Source of the DNA: Gemmatimonadaceae bacterium
Lineage (GTDB): Bacteria; Gemmatimonadota; Gemmatimonadetes; Gemmatimonadales; Gemmatimonadaceae
Assembly: GCA_051859245.1 (NCBI GenBank)
Contig: JBHYGA010000005.1
Span: 384,001-448,000 of the forward strand
Direction: 5' to 3'
Length of the DNA stretch: 64,000 nucleotides
Shown here: positions 50,096 to 60,995 of the stretch, one piece after another
Numbering within the stretch: position 1 is the stretch's first letter
Layout of the letters: each line of letters starts with the position of its first letter
Made by a program: the position numbers and the translations under genes
The notes under the pieces: model-generated
Seen by the model: only the letters and a program-made list of their open reading frames with translations
Databases searched by the model: none
What the model was told of the DNA's origin: nothing

Positions 50096-50806
50096 CTAGG
50101 TAACTACGCGTAGGAGCGCGCGCACCGGCGCCGCATCGATTCCCTGAATGAGCATGGGGAGTGCGCGCAGTTCGTAGGCGCCGGGCGCGACGTCGCGCAG
50201 GTCGAGATTTTCGAGCACCCACGCGCCGTGATCGAAGCAGGCGGAGTGAGTGGAGAGTGTTTTGGCTTCACGGGCGTCAACGCTTGGCGCGTCGGTGCCG
50301 AGCAGTCGAAGGCCGCGGAGCACGCACTCGCGTGCCGCGTCTGCGTCAAGCCAGGACCAGGCCGTGGGAAACTTGCCTTCGGCCACACACGCGCCCGTGC
50401 GCAGAAAAATTCGCAGCGGATCTTCTACGCGCAGACGGTCACGCAGCTGCTCCAGCGTGATGGCTTCTTTCAGGTCGCGCACATCAACAATGTGCACCAG
50501 TCCATTGAATGGCAGCACTGGCAGGGAATCACTGGAGCGACCGGTGTCACTCACATGCAACGGCGCATCGGCATGCGTGCCGTTGTGTGGGCTGAACGTG
50601 ACCGATGACAGGTTCACACTATCGCCACGATCACGTTTCATGGTCCAGCCGCACGACATGTTCACATCGCCGGGCCAGCCGGGAGTGCGCGGGTCGAACG
50701 GCACGGTGGCGTCGAACCAGCCGTCGTCGCGGGGAATGGCGTTCCGCCACTCCGTTTCGAGTCGCTGCTGCGCACGCATGGCGGCTTCGCGAAGCGCCTC
50801 ACTCAT
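50096..50806 (-). CDS. kynB: Cyclase family / kynurenine formamidase
   Basis: WPGD, HNGTHADAPLH, GTDAPSVD, LENL, DAAPVRA; adjacent to kynA. Confidence 0.85.
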   Translation of the reverse strand: MSEALREAAMRAQQRLETEWRNAIPRDDGWFDATVPFDPRTPGWPGDVNMSCGWTMKRDRGDSVNLSSVTFSPHNGTHADAPLHVSDTGRSSDSLPVLPFNGLVHIVDVRDLKEAITLEQLRDRLRVEDPLRIFLRTGACVAEGKFPTAWSWLDADAARECVLRGLRLLGTDAPSVDAREAKTLSTHSACFDHGAWVLENLDLRDVAPGAYELRALPMLIQGIDAAPVRALLRVVT

Positions 50807-50836
50807 GACGCATTCCTTGACCGCCCGTTGCGCTGC

Positions 50837-51589
50837 TCACCGTGCTGCTCCGTAGAACTTTGATCGAACCGCCCACAAATGCGGGAAGAAACGATGACTG
50901 ATTGTGCGCTGCAGGTACTTGGCACCGAGTGTGCCGCCGGTACCGCCGGTACCGGGTCCGATAATGCGTTCCACCAACTGCACGTGCAAAAACCGCCACC
51001 GCGAAAAATTCTGTTCGTACTCCAGCAATCCTTCCGCAATCAGAAACAGCGCCGTTGGTGCCGGACCCACGTACAAGTCTTCGAGCGTGGTGTTTTCGTG
51101 CGCGACCAACTGATCGAATAAATCCTGCAACGTGGGTTGCGCCAGCGCGTGTTGCACAATGGCCGGTGGCTCGCCGTGATCGCTGATGGCCGCCATGAAA
51201 TGCGGATCGCGCAAACCCGACAACGCTTCAATGGCACGAAACTGATCACTCTGTGAGCCGCTGGACTGACCGAGATAACCGCGGAACTGCGCGAAGCGCT
51301 GCGGTGGCAGTGTTTCCAGGGCGGCAAGCTGCGACGCCACAATTTCCATGAGCGCGTTTACACGCCGAATGCTCAGTGCCGCACCGATCGAATCGAACGC
51401 ACCGAGTCGCGCAATCAGTCCGTGCAACTCATGCAACAGTACCTTGAACCAAAGCTCGCTGGCCTGGTGCACAATGATGAAGAGCAGCTCATCCGGATGC
51501 TCCGGTTCGGAGCGCGGATGCTGCAGTGCCAGCAGCTGATCAAGCGCGAGATACGAACCGTAGTCTACAGTGTCACTGTCGTGGGCCAC
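50837..51589 (-). CDS. kynA: Tryptophan 2,3-dioxygenase
   Basis: Y.SYL.L..LL, DELLFIIVHQASELWFK, SGSQS, GTGGT.G..YL. Confidence 0.92.
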   Translation of the reverse strand: MAHDSDTVDYGSYLALDQLLALQHPRSEPEHPDELLFIIVHQASELWFKVLLHELHGLIARLGAFDSIGAALSIRRVNALMEIVASQLAALETLPPQRFAQFRGYLGQSSGSQSDQFRAIEALSGLRDPHFMAAISDHGEPPAIVQHALAQPTLQDLFDQLVAHENTTLEDLYVGPAPTALFLIAEGLLEYEQNFSRWRFLHVQLVERIIGPGTGGTGGTLGAKYLQRTISHRFFPHLWAVRSKFYGAAR

Positions 51590-51603
51590 GCGAAAATCCG
51601 GGG

Positions 51604-52323
51604 TCAGAAGGTCGAAACGTCGAGTGACATGACATCACTCACGCGCATGGTCTCGTCGGTGACAAACGGCTCGCCGTAGCGGCATCGAATGAGCGAACCA
51701 TAGTGCGCCGCCTGATGCGTCACGATATCGTACAGCGGCTCCCCGTTGGGAAACACTTCGCCGGCCTGAATCGTGTCATCAAACTGCGAGCCATAACACT
51801 TGATGGCCTCCATCTTTCGATCGAACTGCGCGGAAATGTCCACGACAAACGTGGGCTTTTCGGCGTCTTCACGGTACGTCTGCACAAAGAGCACCTTGAA
51901 CGGCCGGTGCCTGGGTGAACCCGGCGCGTAGCGTGCCAGTCCAGACAGGAAACACGCGTCTCGCGCCAACTCCGACGCGAGTCGGTGATCGGGATGACGC
52001 CCCACGCGCGCGGGAATAATCACCGTGCGCGGCTGCAGCTGTCGCAACATCGTGACAAGCCGCTCCCGCGTTTCCCGCGTATTCTCGATGCCCGCGTCCG
52101 GCAGGCCGAGATTCTCGCGCACGCTCAGCCCCATCACATGCGCGGCGGCTTCTGCTTCCTGCGCGCGCAGCGTCGCCGAACCGCGCGTTCCCATCTCACC
52201 TTGCGTGAGATCGAGCACGCCAACGCGATAGCCATCGTCAACCGCTTTGATGAGCGTACCGCCGCAGGTGAGCTCCGCGTCGTCGCGGTGCGGGGCAATG
52301 CAAAGAAGATCGACCGTGTTCAT
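51604..52323 (-). CDS. bshB1: Bacillithiol biosynthesis deacetylase BshB1 (PIG-L family)
   Basis: APHRDDAE..CGGT, DLTQGEMGTRG, RHPDH. Confidence 0.8.
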   Translation of the reverse strand: MNTVDLLCIAPHRDDAELTCGGTLIKAVDDGYRVGVLDLTQGEMGTRGSATLRAQEAEAAAHVMGLSVRENLGLPDAGIENTRETRERLVTMLRQLQPRTVIIPARVGRHPDHRLASELARDACFLSGLARYAPGSPRHRPFKVLFVQTYREDAEKPTFVVDISAQFDRKMEAIKCYGSQFDDTIQAGEVFPNGEPLYDIVTHQAAHYGSLIRCRYGEPFVTDETMRVSDVMSLDVSTF

Positions 52324-52376
52324 AGCGAAGGGTAACGTGCCTTCGCGGGGCGGCGCTATGGTGGAGCGTCTCTGAA

Positions 52377-53873
52377 CTAACCCTTGTGTGCCAGATAGGC
52401 GGCCACTTTTTGCGCCGCTTCCTGACCACTGGCGATGCAGTCACCAACCGAGACGCCGTTTCGGAAGTTGCCGGTGACATACAGACCGGGATTGGCCGCT
52501 TCTGTGGCGTCGGCAGCGTCCTTCACCGCCTCGTATCCCACCGAGTACTGCGGAATCCCGCGTGGCCAGTACACATGTTTGGCGAACACCGGCTCGCCGC
52601 GCACGCCCAGCAGATCGCGCAGATCGGTACGGACCAACCGCACGAGTTCGTCCGTGCCGCGACGAGCCAGCTGCGGATCACGACCGCCGCCCATGAACAC
52701 CGTGATCGCCACGTGCCCCTCGGGCGCGCGATCGGGGAACAAGGTCGACGAGAACAGCGCGCCCAGAAGCTGCCGCTTTTCCGCGGCCGGTACCAACACA
52801 CCAAACCCATCGAGCGGATGCGCCACATCTTCGCGCCGAAAGCCGAGCGTGATGCAGGAAACGGGTGGATACTCCACCTGTTCGATGGGTTGCGAATGGC
52901 GACGAATTTCCGCTGGCAGTTCCATCGCCGTGAGTGCATGCGCGGGCGCGGCGAGCACGATCGCGTCAACCGCGCGCGCACGCACCGCGCCGTCGTGCCC
53001 CGACTCGATGACCCAGCGATCTTCTGCACGGTGCAGCAAGCGTGCCGGTGTGGACAGCTTGAGCGTGGATCCCAGCGCCGCCGCCAGTGCGTCTGGCAGC
53101 GTTTGCAGGCCATCACGGAACGAAATAAGGCGTGGCTGTACCGGCGGGAGTTCCGCCGCCTCAGACGCGCTTTCTGACGCATCGGCGGGCCCTGCGGCCG
53201 CGGCCGCACGAGCCGCGGCGCGGCGCGCGTTGAACGCATCGCGGCGCGACTGCATGAGACCGCGCGATAACGAACCGTACTCACGTTCCAGCGCGAACAC
53301 ACGCGGAAACGCGTGCGCCATGCTGAGCTCTTCCGGATCGCCGGCGAAGATGCCGGCGATAAACGGATTCACGGCGTAGGCCAGCACTTCGGGGCCCAAT
53401 CGTCGGCGTACGAACGACGCAATGCTTTCGTCGGCGTTGTCCGCGCGTTTGCTCACCAGCGGCTCAAGTAATACGCGCAGCTTGGCGCGCAGCGAGAGCA
53501 GCGGTGTGGTGAGCATCGCGATCGGTGTCATGGGGAACGGCACCAGCTTGCCGTTTCGCACGATGTATCGACGGTTGGCGACGGCGTTGGATTCCACCAC
53601 GTCGTCTTCCAGCGCGAGGCGTTCAATGAGCAGCTCAACCGGCGCACTGGTCACGAACGAGTTGGGTCCGTGTTCTGCCAGAAATCCATCGGCCAACGAC
53701 GTGCCGATGGCGCCACCCGCCTGACCACTCGCTTCGAACAGGGTGACCGTCACGCCGAGTCGCTTCAGTTCATACGCTGCGACCAGTCCGGTAATGCCCG
53801 CACCGATCACAACCACCGATCGTGGTTCCCCACGCTCGATTTCAACTGGCGGCAGTGCGCCTCGGCGGTCCAC
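52377..53873 (-). CDS. hemG: Protoporphyrinogen oxidase (HemY/HemG FAD type)
   Basis: GAGITGL, EHGPNS, GIFAGD, GFGVLVP, IPQY..G; start approximate. Confidence 0.9.
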   Translation of the reverse strand: MDRRGALPPVEIERGEPRSVVVIGAGITGLVAAYELKRLGVTVTLFEASGQAGGAIGTSLADGFLAEHGPNSFVTSAPVELLIERLALEDDVVESNAVANRRYIVRNGKLVPFPMTPIAMLTTPLLSLRAKLRVLLEPLVSKRADNADESIASFVRRRLGPEVLAYAVNPFIAGIFAGDPEELSMAHAFPRVFALEREYGSLSRGLMQSRRDAFNARRAAARAAAAAGPADASESASEAAELPPVQPRLISFRDGLQTLPDALAAALGSTLKLSTPARLLHRAEDRWVIESGHDGAVRARAVDAIVLAAPAHALTAMELPAEIRRHSQPIEQVEYPPVSCITLGFRREDVAHPLDGFGVLVPAAEKRQLLGALFSSTLFPDRAPEGHVAITVFMGGGRDPQLARRGTDELVRLVRTDLRDLLGVRGEPVFAKHVYWPRGIPQYSVGYEAVKDAADATEAANPGLYVTGNFRNGVSVGDCIASGQEAAQKVAAYLAHKG

Positions 53874-53887
53874 TGATGCGCCCACTG

Positions 53888-54892
53888 TCAGGCAGGGCCG
53901 TGTCCGTCCGTCACCCACACCTGTGGGCGCAGCATATCCAGCAACTGGGCTTCGAAGGAGCCACTCTCAAAACGAGGCGAGTACTTCCACGACGCGAGTG
54001 GAGGCAGGCTCATGAGCACGCTTTCAATACGCGCGTTCGTTTGCAATCCAAAATGCGTGCCGCGATCGTGGACCAGATTGAACTCCACATAGCGTCCGCG
54101 ACGCCAGAGCTGAAAATCGCGCTCGCGCTCGCCGAACGCCTGATCGCGACGACGGTCCACCAGCGGACCGTACGCATCGCGCAGCACCCGACCAATGTCG
54201 GACACAAACGCTTGCAGCGCGTCCACGTGCAAGCCGTGATCGTCGTCGTCTGGGCGGATGTGATCGAAGAACACACCACCTGCGCCACGCGCTTCATTCT
54301 CGCGATGCACGTTCACAAAGTATTCGTCGCACCACGTTTTGAAGCGCGGATAGAACGAGGCATGATGACGATCACAGGCCGCTTTCAGCGTCTCGTGAAA
54401 GTGCACCACATCTTCGCGAAACGGATAGGTTGGTGTCAGATCGGTGCCGCCACCAAACCAGGCATCGGTGATGTTGCCATCGGAATCCATGAGTTCGAAG
54501 TAGCGCACGTTCAAGTGCACCGTGGGAATCATGGGGCTGTGCGGATGCACGACCAGGCTCACACCCGTGACAAAAAAGTCAGTGCCGCCGCTCGCCGCAC
54601 CGTGGCCACCGAGGCGACGTGCGGCCAACTCTGGCAACACGCCCATCACGGTGGAACGATTGATGCCCGCCTTTTCGAACGTGGTGCCTTCGACCAGCAC
54701 GCGACTCACACCGCCGCCGCCACCGGGCCGTTCCCACCGATCTTCAATGAACGTGCCGCCGCGATCGAGCCGACCAAACAGCGCCGTCAGCTCGTCATGC
54801 AAGCCGGCAATCCAGCGCGTGGCTTCCGCGCGCCGCGATACACGCGCCGAAGCACCCGAGGCCGTCGTGGAGGACACCGACGGAGACGTCAT
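53888..54892 (-). CDS. hemF: Oxygen-dependent coproporphyrinogen III oxidase
   Basis: FEKAG.N, SLVVHP, WFGGGTDLTP, RRGRYVEFNL..DRGT.FGL. Confidence 0.95.
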   Translation of the reverse strand: MTSPSVSSTTASGASARVSRRAEATRWIAGLHDELTALFGRLDRGGTFIEDRWERPGGGGGVSRVLVEGTTFEKAGINRSTVMGVLPELAARRLGGHGAASGGTDFFVTGVSLVVHPHSPMIPTVHLNVRYFELMDSDGNITDAWFGGGTDLTPTYPFREDVVHFHETLKAACDRHHASFYPRFKTWCDEYFVNVHRENEARGAGGVFFDHIRPDDDDHGLHVDALQAFVSDIGRVLRDAYGPLVDRRRDQAFGERERDFQLWRRGRYVEFNLVHDRGTHFGLQTNARIESVLMSLPPLASWKYSPRFESGSFEAQLLDMLRPQVWVTDGHGPA

Positions 54893-55995
54893 GCCGCGCC
54901 AACCGTGTCGGTTGCGGCAGCGATCATTTCCGATTCCGACACCGTGGGCCACTCATGCTGCTGCACCGCGCGCACAAACGCTTTGGCGTGGGCGGGCGAA
55001 ATGTCAGGCAGAATGCCGTGCCCGAGATTGGCAATGTGTCCGATCGGGCCGAACTCGTCGAGCATGGCGTGCGTGCGACGTTCGATTTCCGCAATCGGTG
55101 CGTACAACGTGCACGGATCAAGATTGCCTTGCACGGCGACGGCACGATTGCCGAGTTTCTTGCGCGCCTGCGCGGGGGCAATGTGCCAATCCACACCAAT
55201 GGCGTCGGCTTGTGTCGCGTCGGCGATTTCGTCGAGCGCCCACGTGGCGCCGGGTGCAAACACAATCACCGGTGCACCAGCCGACTTGGCAATCTTGGCC
55301 GCCTTTGCGAGATACGGCAGCGCAAACTCGCGGAACTCATTCGGACCGAGTGCACCAGCCCACGAATCAAACAGCTGAATGGCCTGCGCACCCGCACTCA
55401 CCTGCGCCACGCAATATTCGCCCACCGCATTGGCGAGACGATCCAGCAGATCATGCGCGACAGCCGGTTGTTCGAACAACATCTTTTTGGCAATCGCGAA
55501 CTGTTTGGTGCCTTTGCCTTCCACCATGTAGGACGCCAGCGTCCACGGTGCGCCCGCGAATCCGATCAGCGGAACACGACCGTTCAACTCGCGCTTCACC
55601 AGCTTGAGCGCGTCGAGCACATAGCCGAGATCTGTGTACGGATCGATCGTCCGCAAATTCTTTACGGCCGCGGCGGAACGAATGGGCGTGGGAAACTGCG
55701 GCCCCACGCCTTCGTCGAGCGTGAGAAAACAGCCCATCGCTTCCGGCACCACGAGGATATCGGAAAAGATGATCGCGGCATCAACACCAATCAGGTCGAT
55801 CGGCTGCAGCGTGACTTCCGCCGCGAGTGCCGGCGTGCGGCACATGGTGAGAAAGTCGGAGCCCGATCGTACGGCGCGATATTCGGGGAGGTAGCGTCCG
55901 GCCTGTCGCATCATCCAGACGGGCGTGCGCTCAACGGGTTCGCGGCGGAGGGCACGGAGAAACAGATCGTTTACAAGCGGCACAGCGTCAGACAT
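54889..55995 (-). CDS. hemE: Uroporphyrinogen decarboxylase
   Basis: PVWMMRQAGRYLPEY, FSDIL, IGFAGAPWT, NLGHGI. Confidence 0.97.
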   Translation of the reverse strand: MSDAVPLVNDLFLRALRREPVERTPVWMMRQAGRYLPEYRAVRSGSDFLTMCRTPALAAEVTLQPIDLIGVDAAIIFSDILVVPEAMGCFLTLDEGVGPQFPTPIRSAAAVKNLRTIDPYTDLGYVLDALKLVKRELNGRVPLIGFAGAPWTLASYMVEGKGTKQFAIAKKMLFEQPAVAHDLLDRLANAVGEYCVAQVSAGAQAIQLFDSWAGALGPNEFREFALPYLAKAAKIAKSAGAPVIVFAPGATWALDEIADATQADAIGVDWHIAPAQARKKLGNRAVAVQGNLDPCTLYAPIAEIERRTHAMLDEFGPIGHIANLGHGILPDISPAHAKAFVRAVQQHEWPTVSESEMIAAATDTVGAA

Positions 55996-56055
55996 GGAGA
56001 CTCGTAAAGACGGGCAGCGCGGCATCAGCACGCGGCCCGCAGCAGGTGGGAAAGG

Positions 56056-57465
56056 TCAGCGTTCTGCGGATACCGTAACGTATCGCGTGTCGCGCACCGA
56101 TGCGGAAGGGACGGTGGCGGCGGCCGCAGCCCGTTCAGCGCGGGCATTAATGGTGTCCCGCTTGGACGCCCTCGGGATGGACGCCTTGGCGGGCGCACGA
56201 ACGCCTGTGGGGCGGGTCGGGGCGAACATTTCAAGCAGCATCATGGTGTGCCCGTCGAGCGGCTCACCGCGCTGTACCGCGCGACGCAGCGCGGCCATGG
56301 GGCCGGCCAGCAGCTTGGCCACAATGCGCGTGGCCGTGCGTTCGGCCACGGCCGAATCGCCCGAGGCAAACGCCACTTCCCGGCGCGCGACTTCGGTAAG
56401 CGCGTCAGCCAGCGGGCGAATGGCATCACGCGCCGGACGCGCCGCGGCCCACTCCAGAAAGTCGTCCACTTCTTCATTGCAGACGCGTTCCGCGGCGGGC
56501 ACGGCATTCCGGCGCTGCTCTTCAGCGGCCAGGATCGGCGTGTGCAGCGTATCGAGATCCACCAGTGCCACGCCCGGCAACTCGAGCACGCCCGGGTCAA
56601 TGTTGCGCGGCAGGCTGAGGTCCATGAGCAGCAGCGAATACGCCGACGTGCCGCACGCTTCACGCGTACGACGCAGCGTGTCTGCCAGCACAATCGGCGT
56701 TTCCGAGGCCGTGGCCACGATCACCACGTCGGCCATGGCGGCCTCGACGTGCAATGTGTCCATGGCCGCCGCACGACCGCCAAGAATCGCGGCCAACTCT
56801 TCGGCGCGACCAAGCGTGCGATTCATGAGCACCACATCACGCGCGCCCAGCTTGACCAGCTGACGCGCCGTGCGCTCACCCGTTTTGCCACAGCCAACAA
56901 CCAGACAGCGCGCGTTCGTGAGCGAACCAAAGCGCTGGTGCGCAATCGACGCCGCTTCCGCGCCAATCGAGTTGCGACCCGCGAGCAGTGACGTTTCCGT
57001 TTGCACGCGCTTGCCAGCCCGCAGCGCCGTTTCAAACAACCGATGCAGCAGCGGACCCGTGGCACCACTGTGTGCGGCGCGCTTGTAGGCCGCGCGCAAC
57101 TGACCGAGAATCTGTCCGTCGCCGAGCACCTGCGACTCCAGTCCCGCCGCCACACGAATCACATGGCGCGCGGCATCGGCGCCGTAACGACGCGTGGCCG
57201 TGCGCAACAACTGATCACCGTTCACACGCGTGCGCATCCAGCGGCGCGCCAGTGTTTGAATGGCCTTGTCGACTTCGTCGATATCTTCGCTCTCAACCCA
57301 CGCGTACAACTCGGTACGGTTGCAGGTCGCGATGAGCGCCGCTTCCGTAACAACCTCACTGCGGGCTGTGCGATAGAGCTGCGTAAGCCGCTCCTCGGAC
57401 AGATGAAACTGCTCCCGGGTAGCGACGTCGGCACGGCGGAAGTCGACTGCGATCGAAATGAGCAT
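56056..57465 (-). CDS. hemA: Glutamyl-tRNA reductase
   Basis: TCNRTELY, AGLES.VLG..QILGQ, NRT, DLSLPRNID. Confidence 0.92.
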   Translation of the reverse strand: MLISIAVDFRRADVATREQFHLSEERLTQLYRTARSEVVTEAALIATCNRTELYAWVESEDIDEVDKAIQTLARRWMRTRVNGDQLLRTATRRYGADAARHVIRVAAGLESQVLGDGQILGQLRAAYKRAAHSGATGPLLHRLFETALRAGKRVQTETSLLAGRNSIGAEAASIAHQRFGSLTNARCLVVGCGKTGERTARQLVKLGARDVVLMNRTLGRAEELAAILGGRAAAMDTLHVEAAMADVVIVATASETPIVLADTLRRTREACGTSAYSLLLMDLSLPRNIDPGVLELPGVALVDLDTLHTPILAAEEQRRNAVPAAERVCNEEVDDFLEWAAARPARDAIRPLADALTEVARREVAFASGDSAVAERTATRIVAKLLAGPMAALRRAVQRGEPLDGHTMMLLEMFAPTRPTGVRAPAKASIPRASKRDTINARAERAAAAATVPSASVRDTRYVTVSAER

Positions 57466-57497
57466 GCGATGCTATGGTGGCGGGGGGTCGGTAACGA

Positions 57498-58685
57498 TCA
57501 GGCCGGAGCCAAGCCAGTCAGATGCGCCAGATTCTTGAAAAAGATTCTGACGTGTGAAAGCGGCTTCGCTTTCACCAGACGCTTGTTCATGTAGCCGTCA
57601 AACGTGAGTTCCTGCACATCGCGATCTTCGCAGATGGCGACGAATCGTTCCCGACGATTGTCATTGCTGTACCAGAAGCGCTGCATGATGCCCAACACAC
57701 GGAACACCTGACCGTGATCACTCATGAAACGACGACGCGCGGTGCGCAGCCACAGCGGGTTGCCGGTGAGCAGCGCAACACCAACCGCCTGCGCCACATA
57801 CCGACCACTCGTCATGGCGTAATAAATTCCTTCACCGGAAGCCGGTGCGACCGTTCCAGCCGCGTCGCCACCCACAATCACATCACGGCCGTTGTCCCAA
57901 CGCTTGAGCGGCTCGAGCGGAATCGGCGCGCCCTCGCGGCGCAGCGTTTCGGCACCCGTAAGACCGGTGCTTTCGCGCAGAGCCGCCACAGCGCTCCGCA
58001 GCTTGAAGCCCTGCTGCAGTGAGCCCGTGCCGATGCTCGTGGTTTTGCCGTGCGGAAAGATCCACGCGTAAAAATCAGGCGACAGCGGGCCCTGGTAGTA
58101 CACATCGCAGCGATTCTTGCCGAACGTTTCGCTGTCGACCGTGGGCGACTCCACAATCTCGTGATACGCGAACACATGCTTCATGCGATCGGCGCCGGGA
58201 ATCGCAGCGCGCGCAACCGCTGACAGCGCGCCATCGCATCCGATCACCATCTTCGCCTTGATCTGCATGGTCTCGCCGCTGCGTGAGCGACCATCGGTGT
58301 ACGTCACCACCTGCACACCGTCGTCGTCGCGCTGCATGCTCGTAAACGAACCGGTGCGACGCTCGGCGCCCGCCGAGACCGCACGCGCGCGCAGCCATTC
58401 GTCGAACACATCACGGTCCACCATGCCGACAAATCCCTGACCCACGGGGATGTCGACCTTCTTGGACTTGGGCGAGATCATGCGCGCCGTATCAATGCGG
58501 GCGACCAACAGCTCTTCCGGCACATCAAAGTCTTTCAACAACTGCGGCGGCACCGCACCACCGCACGGCTTGATGCGACCCGCCTTGTCGAGCAACAGCA
58601 CTTTGCGTCCCGTTTGCGCCAACTCATGCGCCGCTGTTGCGCCAGCTGGCCCGCCACCCACCACCACCACGTCAAACAGTTCCAT
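57498..58685 (-). CDS. bchP: Geranylgeranyl reductase
   Basis: GGGPAG, RIKPCGGAVPP, SPDFYAWIFPHG, SGEGIYYAM. Confidence 0.95.
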   Translation of the reverse strand: MELFDVVVVGGGPAGATAAHELAQTGRKVLLLDKAGRIKPCGGAVPPQLLKDFDVPEELLVARIDTARMISPKSKKVDIPVGQGFVGMVDRDVFDEWLRARAVSAGAERRTGSFTSMQRDDDGVQVVTYTDGRSRSGETMQIKAKMVIGCDGALSAVARAAIPGADRMKHVFAYHEIVESPTVDSETFGKNRCDVYYQGPLSPDFYAWIFPHGKTTSIGTGSLQQGFKLRSAVAALRESTGLTGAETLRREGAPIPLEPLKRWDNGRDVIVGGDAAGTVAPASGEGIYYAMTSGRYVAQAVGVALLTGNPLWLRTARRRFMSDHGQVFRVLGIMQRFWYSNDNRRERFVAICEDRDVQELTFDGYMNKRLVKAKPLSHVRIFFKNLAHLTGLAPA

Positions 58686-58758
58686 CAGCTTGCACTCCCG
58701 TCGGTCTTGCGATCCGTCGCCACGGTAGGCGTTCCATCTGATTTGCGTACGACCTGCA

Positions 58759-60081
58759 TTAGTTGTTCACCACAGCCGACAACATCTCACCACGGGTGCG
58801 CACCACATCACCGGCGCGATCGGCCGATGCACTGTGATACGCCAGCACCGCCGATACGGCGAACAGTGCGCCCTCTACGGCGAACACGGCGGCGTAACCA
58901 CGCAGCGGTGAACCCAGCACCGCTTGCGCGACATCCACACCCAGTCCGCCGAGCGACACACCAAGTCCATACGCCACCGCCTGCGCGGCGCCAAACACAC
59001 CAAGTCGCAATCCAGCGCGACCATCTTTTGCATCGCCAGTGAGCGCCATCATGGAACCGATCGCGCCAATCGCAAAGACGCCGTTTGACAGGCCGAGCAG
59101 AAACACGATCACGCGAAACGCTTCCACGCTCGCGAGTGCCGGGCTCACCACGAGTGCCACGAACATTGCGGCCGATGCGGCACAGCCTGCGGCCGCCCAC
59201 ACGCGCAACGAGCCAACACGCGAGCCAATGATCGCGGTGAGGATCATGCCCATGAGCACGCCACCGTGCTGCATGCCCGCGAGTTTGGTGGTCTCACCAG
59301 CGGTCAGTCCAAACGCGATGCCACCGAAGGGCTCAAGAATGAGATCCTGCGCGCTGTACGCGAGCATCGCCACAAACACAAAGATCGAGAAAGTGCGCGC
59401 GACGGGCTCATTCCACACCGACCTGGCCGCATCAAGGAACGCCGTGCCGCGATCGGCGCCAGCAATCGGCTCGGGTGCAATGCGCGGACCAAGCGCGCCT
59501 TCAAGCTTGAACAGCGTGAGCGATGTAATCACAATCGCCGCCGCGCCAACCGCGGCGGTGATCACGAGCAAACGCTGAAAGCCAAACGGATCAAGCAACG
59601 AGCCGGTGGTCGCCGTGGTCACAATGAATCCGACGATCATCAGAATCCAGGTGATCGCGGCGGCGCCCGCACGCTGCGAAGGACGCGCGTGCTCAGAAAT
59701 CATGGCGAGCAGCGGCGTGCCGGCCGCGCTGACACCAGCACCCAGCACGACAAACGCCAGCGCGGCGCACGCAATACCAAGCACCGGGGACGTGCTCATG
59801 AGTGCCACCGACAACGCCACACCAAGTCCACCGGCGGCGAGCGTGGCCATGCCACCAATAATCCACGGGGTGCGAGCGCCAGCCGCATCAGATCCATGAC
59901 CAAGACGCGGACGCAGATACAACTGCACCGCGAAGTGCAACGCGACCAGCAATCCAGGCACGGTGGCCGGCAGTGCAAGCTCGACCACCATCACGCGATT
60001 CATCGTGGCCGTCATAAGCACGACCACTGCGCCAATGCACGCTTGCACCAGACCGAGTCGCACAATCTGCAGCCAGCTCAT
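58759..60081 (-). CDS. pucC: PucC / BCD-family MFS transporter
   Basis: SWLQIVRLGLVQ, NRVMVVELALP, QDLILEPFGG. Confidence 0.9.
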   Translation of the reverse strand: MSWLQIVRLGLVQACIGAVVVLMTATMNRVMVVELALPATVPGLLVALHFAVQLYLRPRLGHGSDAAGARTPWIIGGMATLAAGGLGVALSVALMSTSPVLGIACAALAFVVLGAGVSAAGTPLLAMISEHARPSQRAGAAAITWILMIVGFIVTTATTGSLLDPFGFQRLLVITAAVGAAAIVITSLTLFKLEGALGPRIAPEPIAGADRGTAFLDAARSVWNEPVARTFSIFVFVAMLAYSAQDLILEPFGGIAFGLTAGETTKLAGMQHGGVLMGMILTAIIGSRVGSLRVWAAAGCAASAAMFVALVVSPALASVEAFRVIVFLLGLSNGVFAIGAIGSMMALTGDAKDGRAGLRLGVFGAAQAVAYGLGVSLGGLGVDVAQAVLGSPLRGYAAVFAVEGALFAVSAVLAYHSASADRAGDVVRTRGEMLSAVVNN

Positions 60082-60995
60082 GGTGCGCCTCCAATCACGG
60101 CGCGCATGGCAAACGCGCTGATCATCATGCCGCTCACATAGAAGGGCACACCAAACGCACTGAGATACAACGCGCGCTTGATCGGCTCCTGCAGGAACCA
60201 GCGCATGATGCCCATCTGCACAACGGTAAGCACGGCCACTGCGATCGCATGATACGGACGATCCCACGATGCGAGCAGTGAAATCACCACGGTCTGCGGC
60301 ACAATCATGACCACCGATGCAACCCACGCCGCTTTGTTTGCACCGAGACGCACCGGCAACGAACCCACACCCATGCGACGATCACCTTCAATCGCCTTGA
60401 AATCATTCAGCGTGAGAATGCCGTGCGCTCCAATCGAATAGAGCGCCGCGATCGCGATGATCTGCCACGGCAATGACGCCTGTCCAAACATCAACGCGGC
60501 GCCGGTAATCCACGCCAGTCCTTCGTAGGTAAAACCAACGGCTGCGTTACCAATCCAGCCGTTGAGTTTGAATCGGAATGGTGGGGCGCTGTAGCCCCAC
60601 GAAAACACCAGCGCGAGTGCTACGGCCGTCATGCCCAGTGTGCCAAGCGGAATCGCGGCGAGGAACGACAACACCGTCCACACAATCGCGATCGCGAGTC
60701 CCCACTGTCCAGGAATGCGTCCTGACGGAATGGGGCGGTTGGGTTCGTTGATCGCATCGACATCGCGATCAAACCAGTCATTCACAGCCTGACTGGATGC
60801 GCAGACAAGTGGGCCGGTGATACAGATGCCGAGCGCCAGCAGCGGCCAGCGGCCGGTCATTGGCAGACCGGTGCTGACAACGCCGCACGAGAACGCCCAC
60901 ATGGGAGGAAACCATGTGACCGGCTTGAGCAGCGTGAGCACAGCTCGGGGATCAGGCCGCGTGGCGACCTGCTGTATGGAATTGCTTACACCCAT
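60078..60995 (-). CDS. bchG: Bacteriochlorophyll synthase
   Basis: LLKPVTWFPPMWAF, NDWFDRDVDAINEP.RPIPSGR, NDFKAIEGD; true start may be GTG 60962. Confidence 0.95.
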   Translation of the reverse strand: MGVSNSIQQVATRPDPRAVLTLLKPVTWFPPMWAFSCGVVSTGLPMTGRWPLLALGICITGPLVCASSQAVNDWFDRDVDAINEPNRPIPSGRIPGQWGLAIAIVWTVLSFLAAIPLGTLGMTAVALALVFSWGYSAPPFRFKLNGWIGNAAVGFTYEGLAWITGAALMFGQASLPWQIIAIAALYSIGAHGILTLNDFKAIEGDRRMGVGSLPVRLGANKAAWVASVVMIVPQTVVISLLASWDRPYHAIAVAVLTVVQMGIMRWFLQEPIKRALYLSAFGVPFYVSGMMISAFAMRAVIGGAP

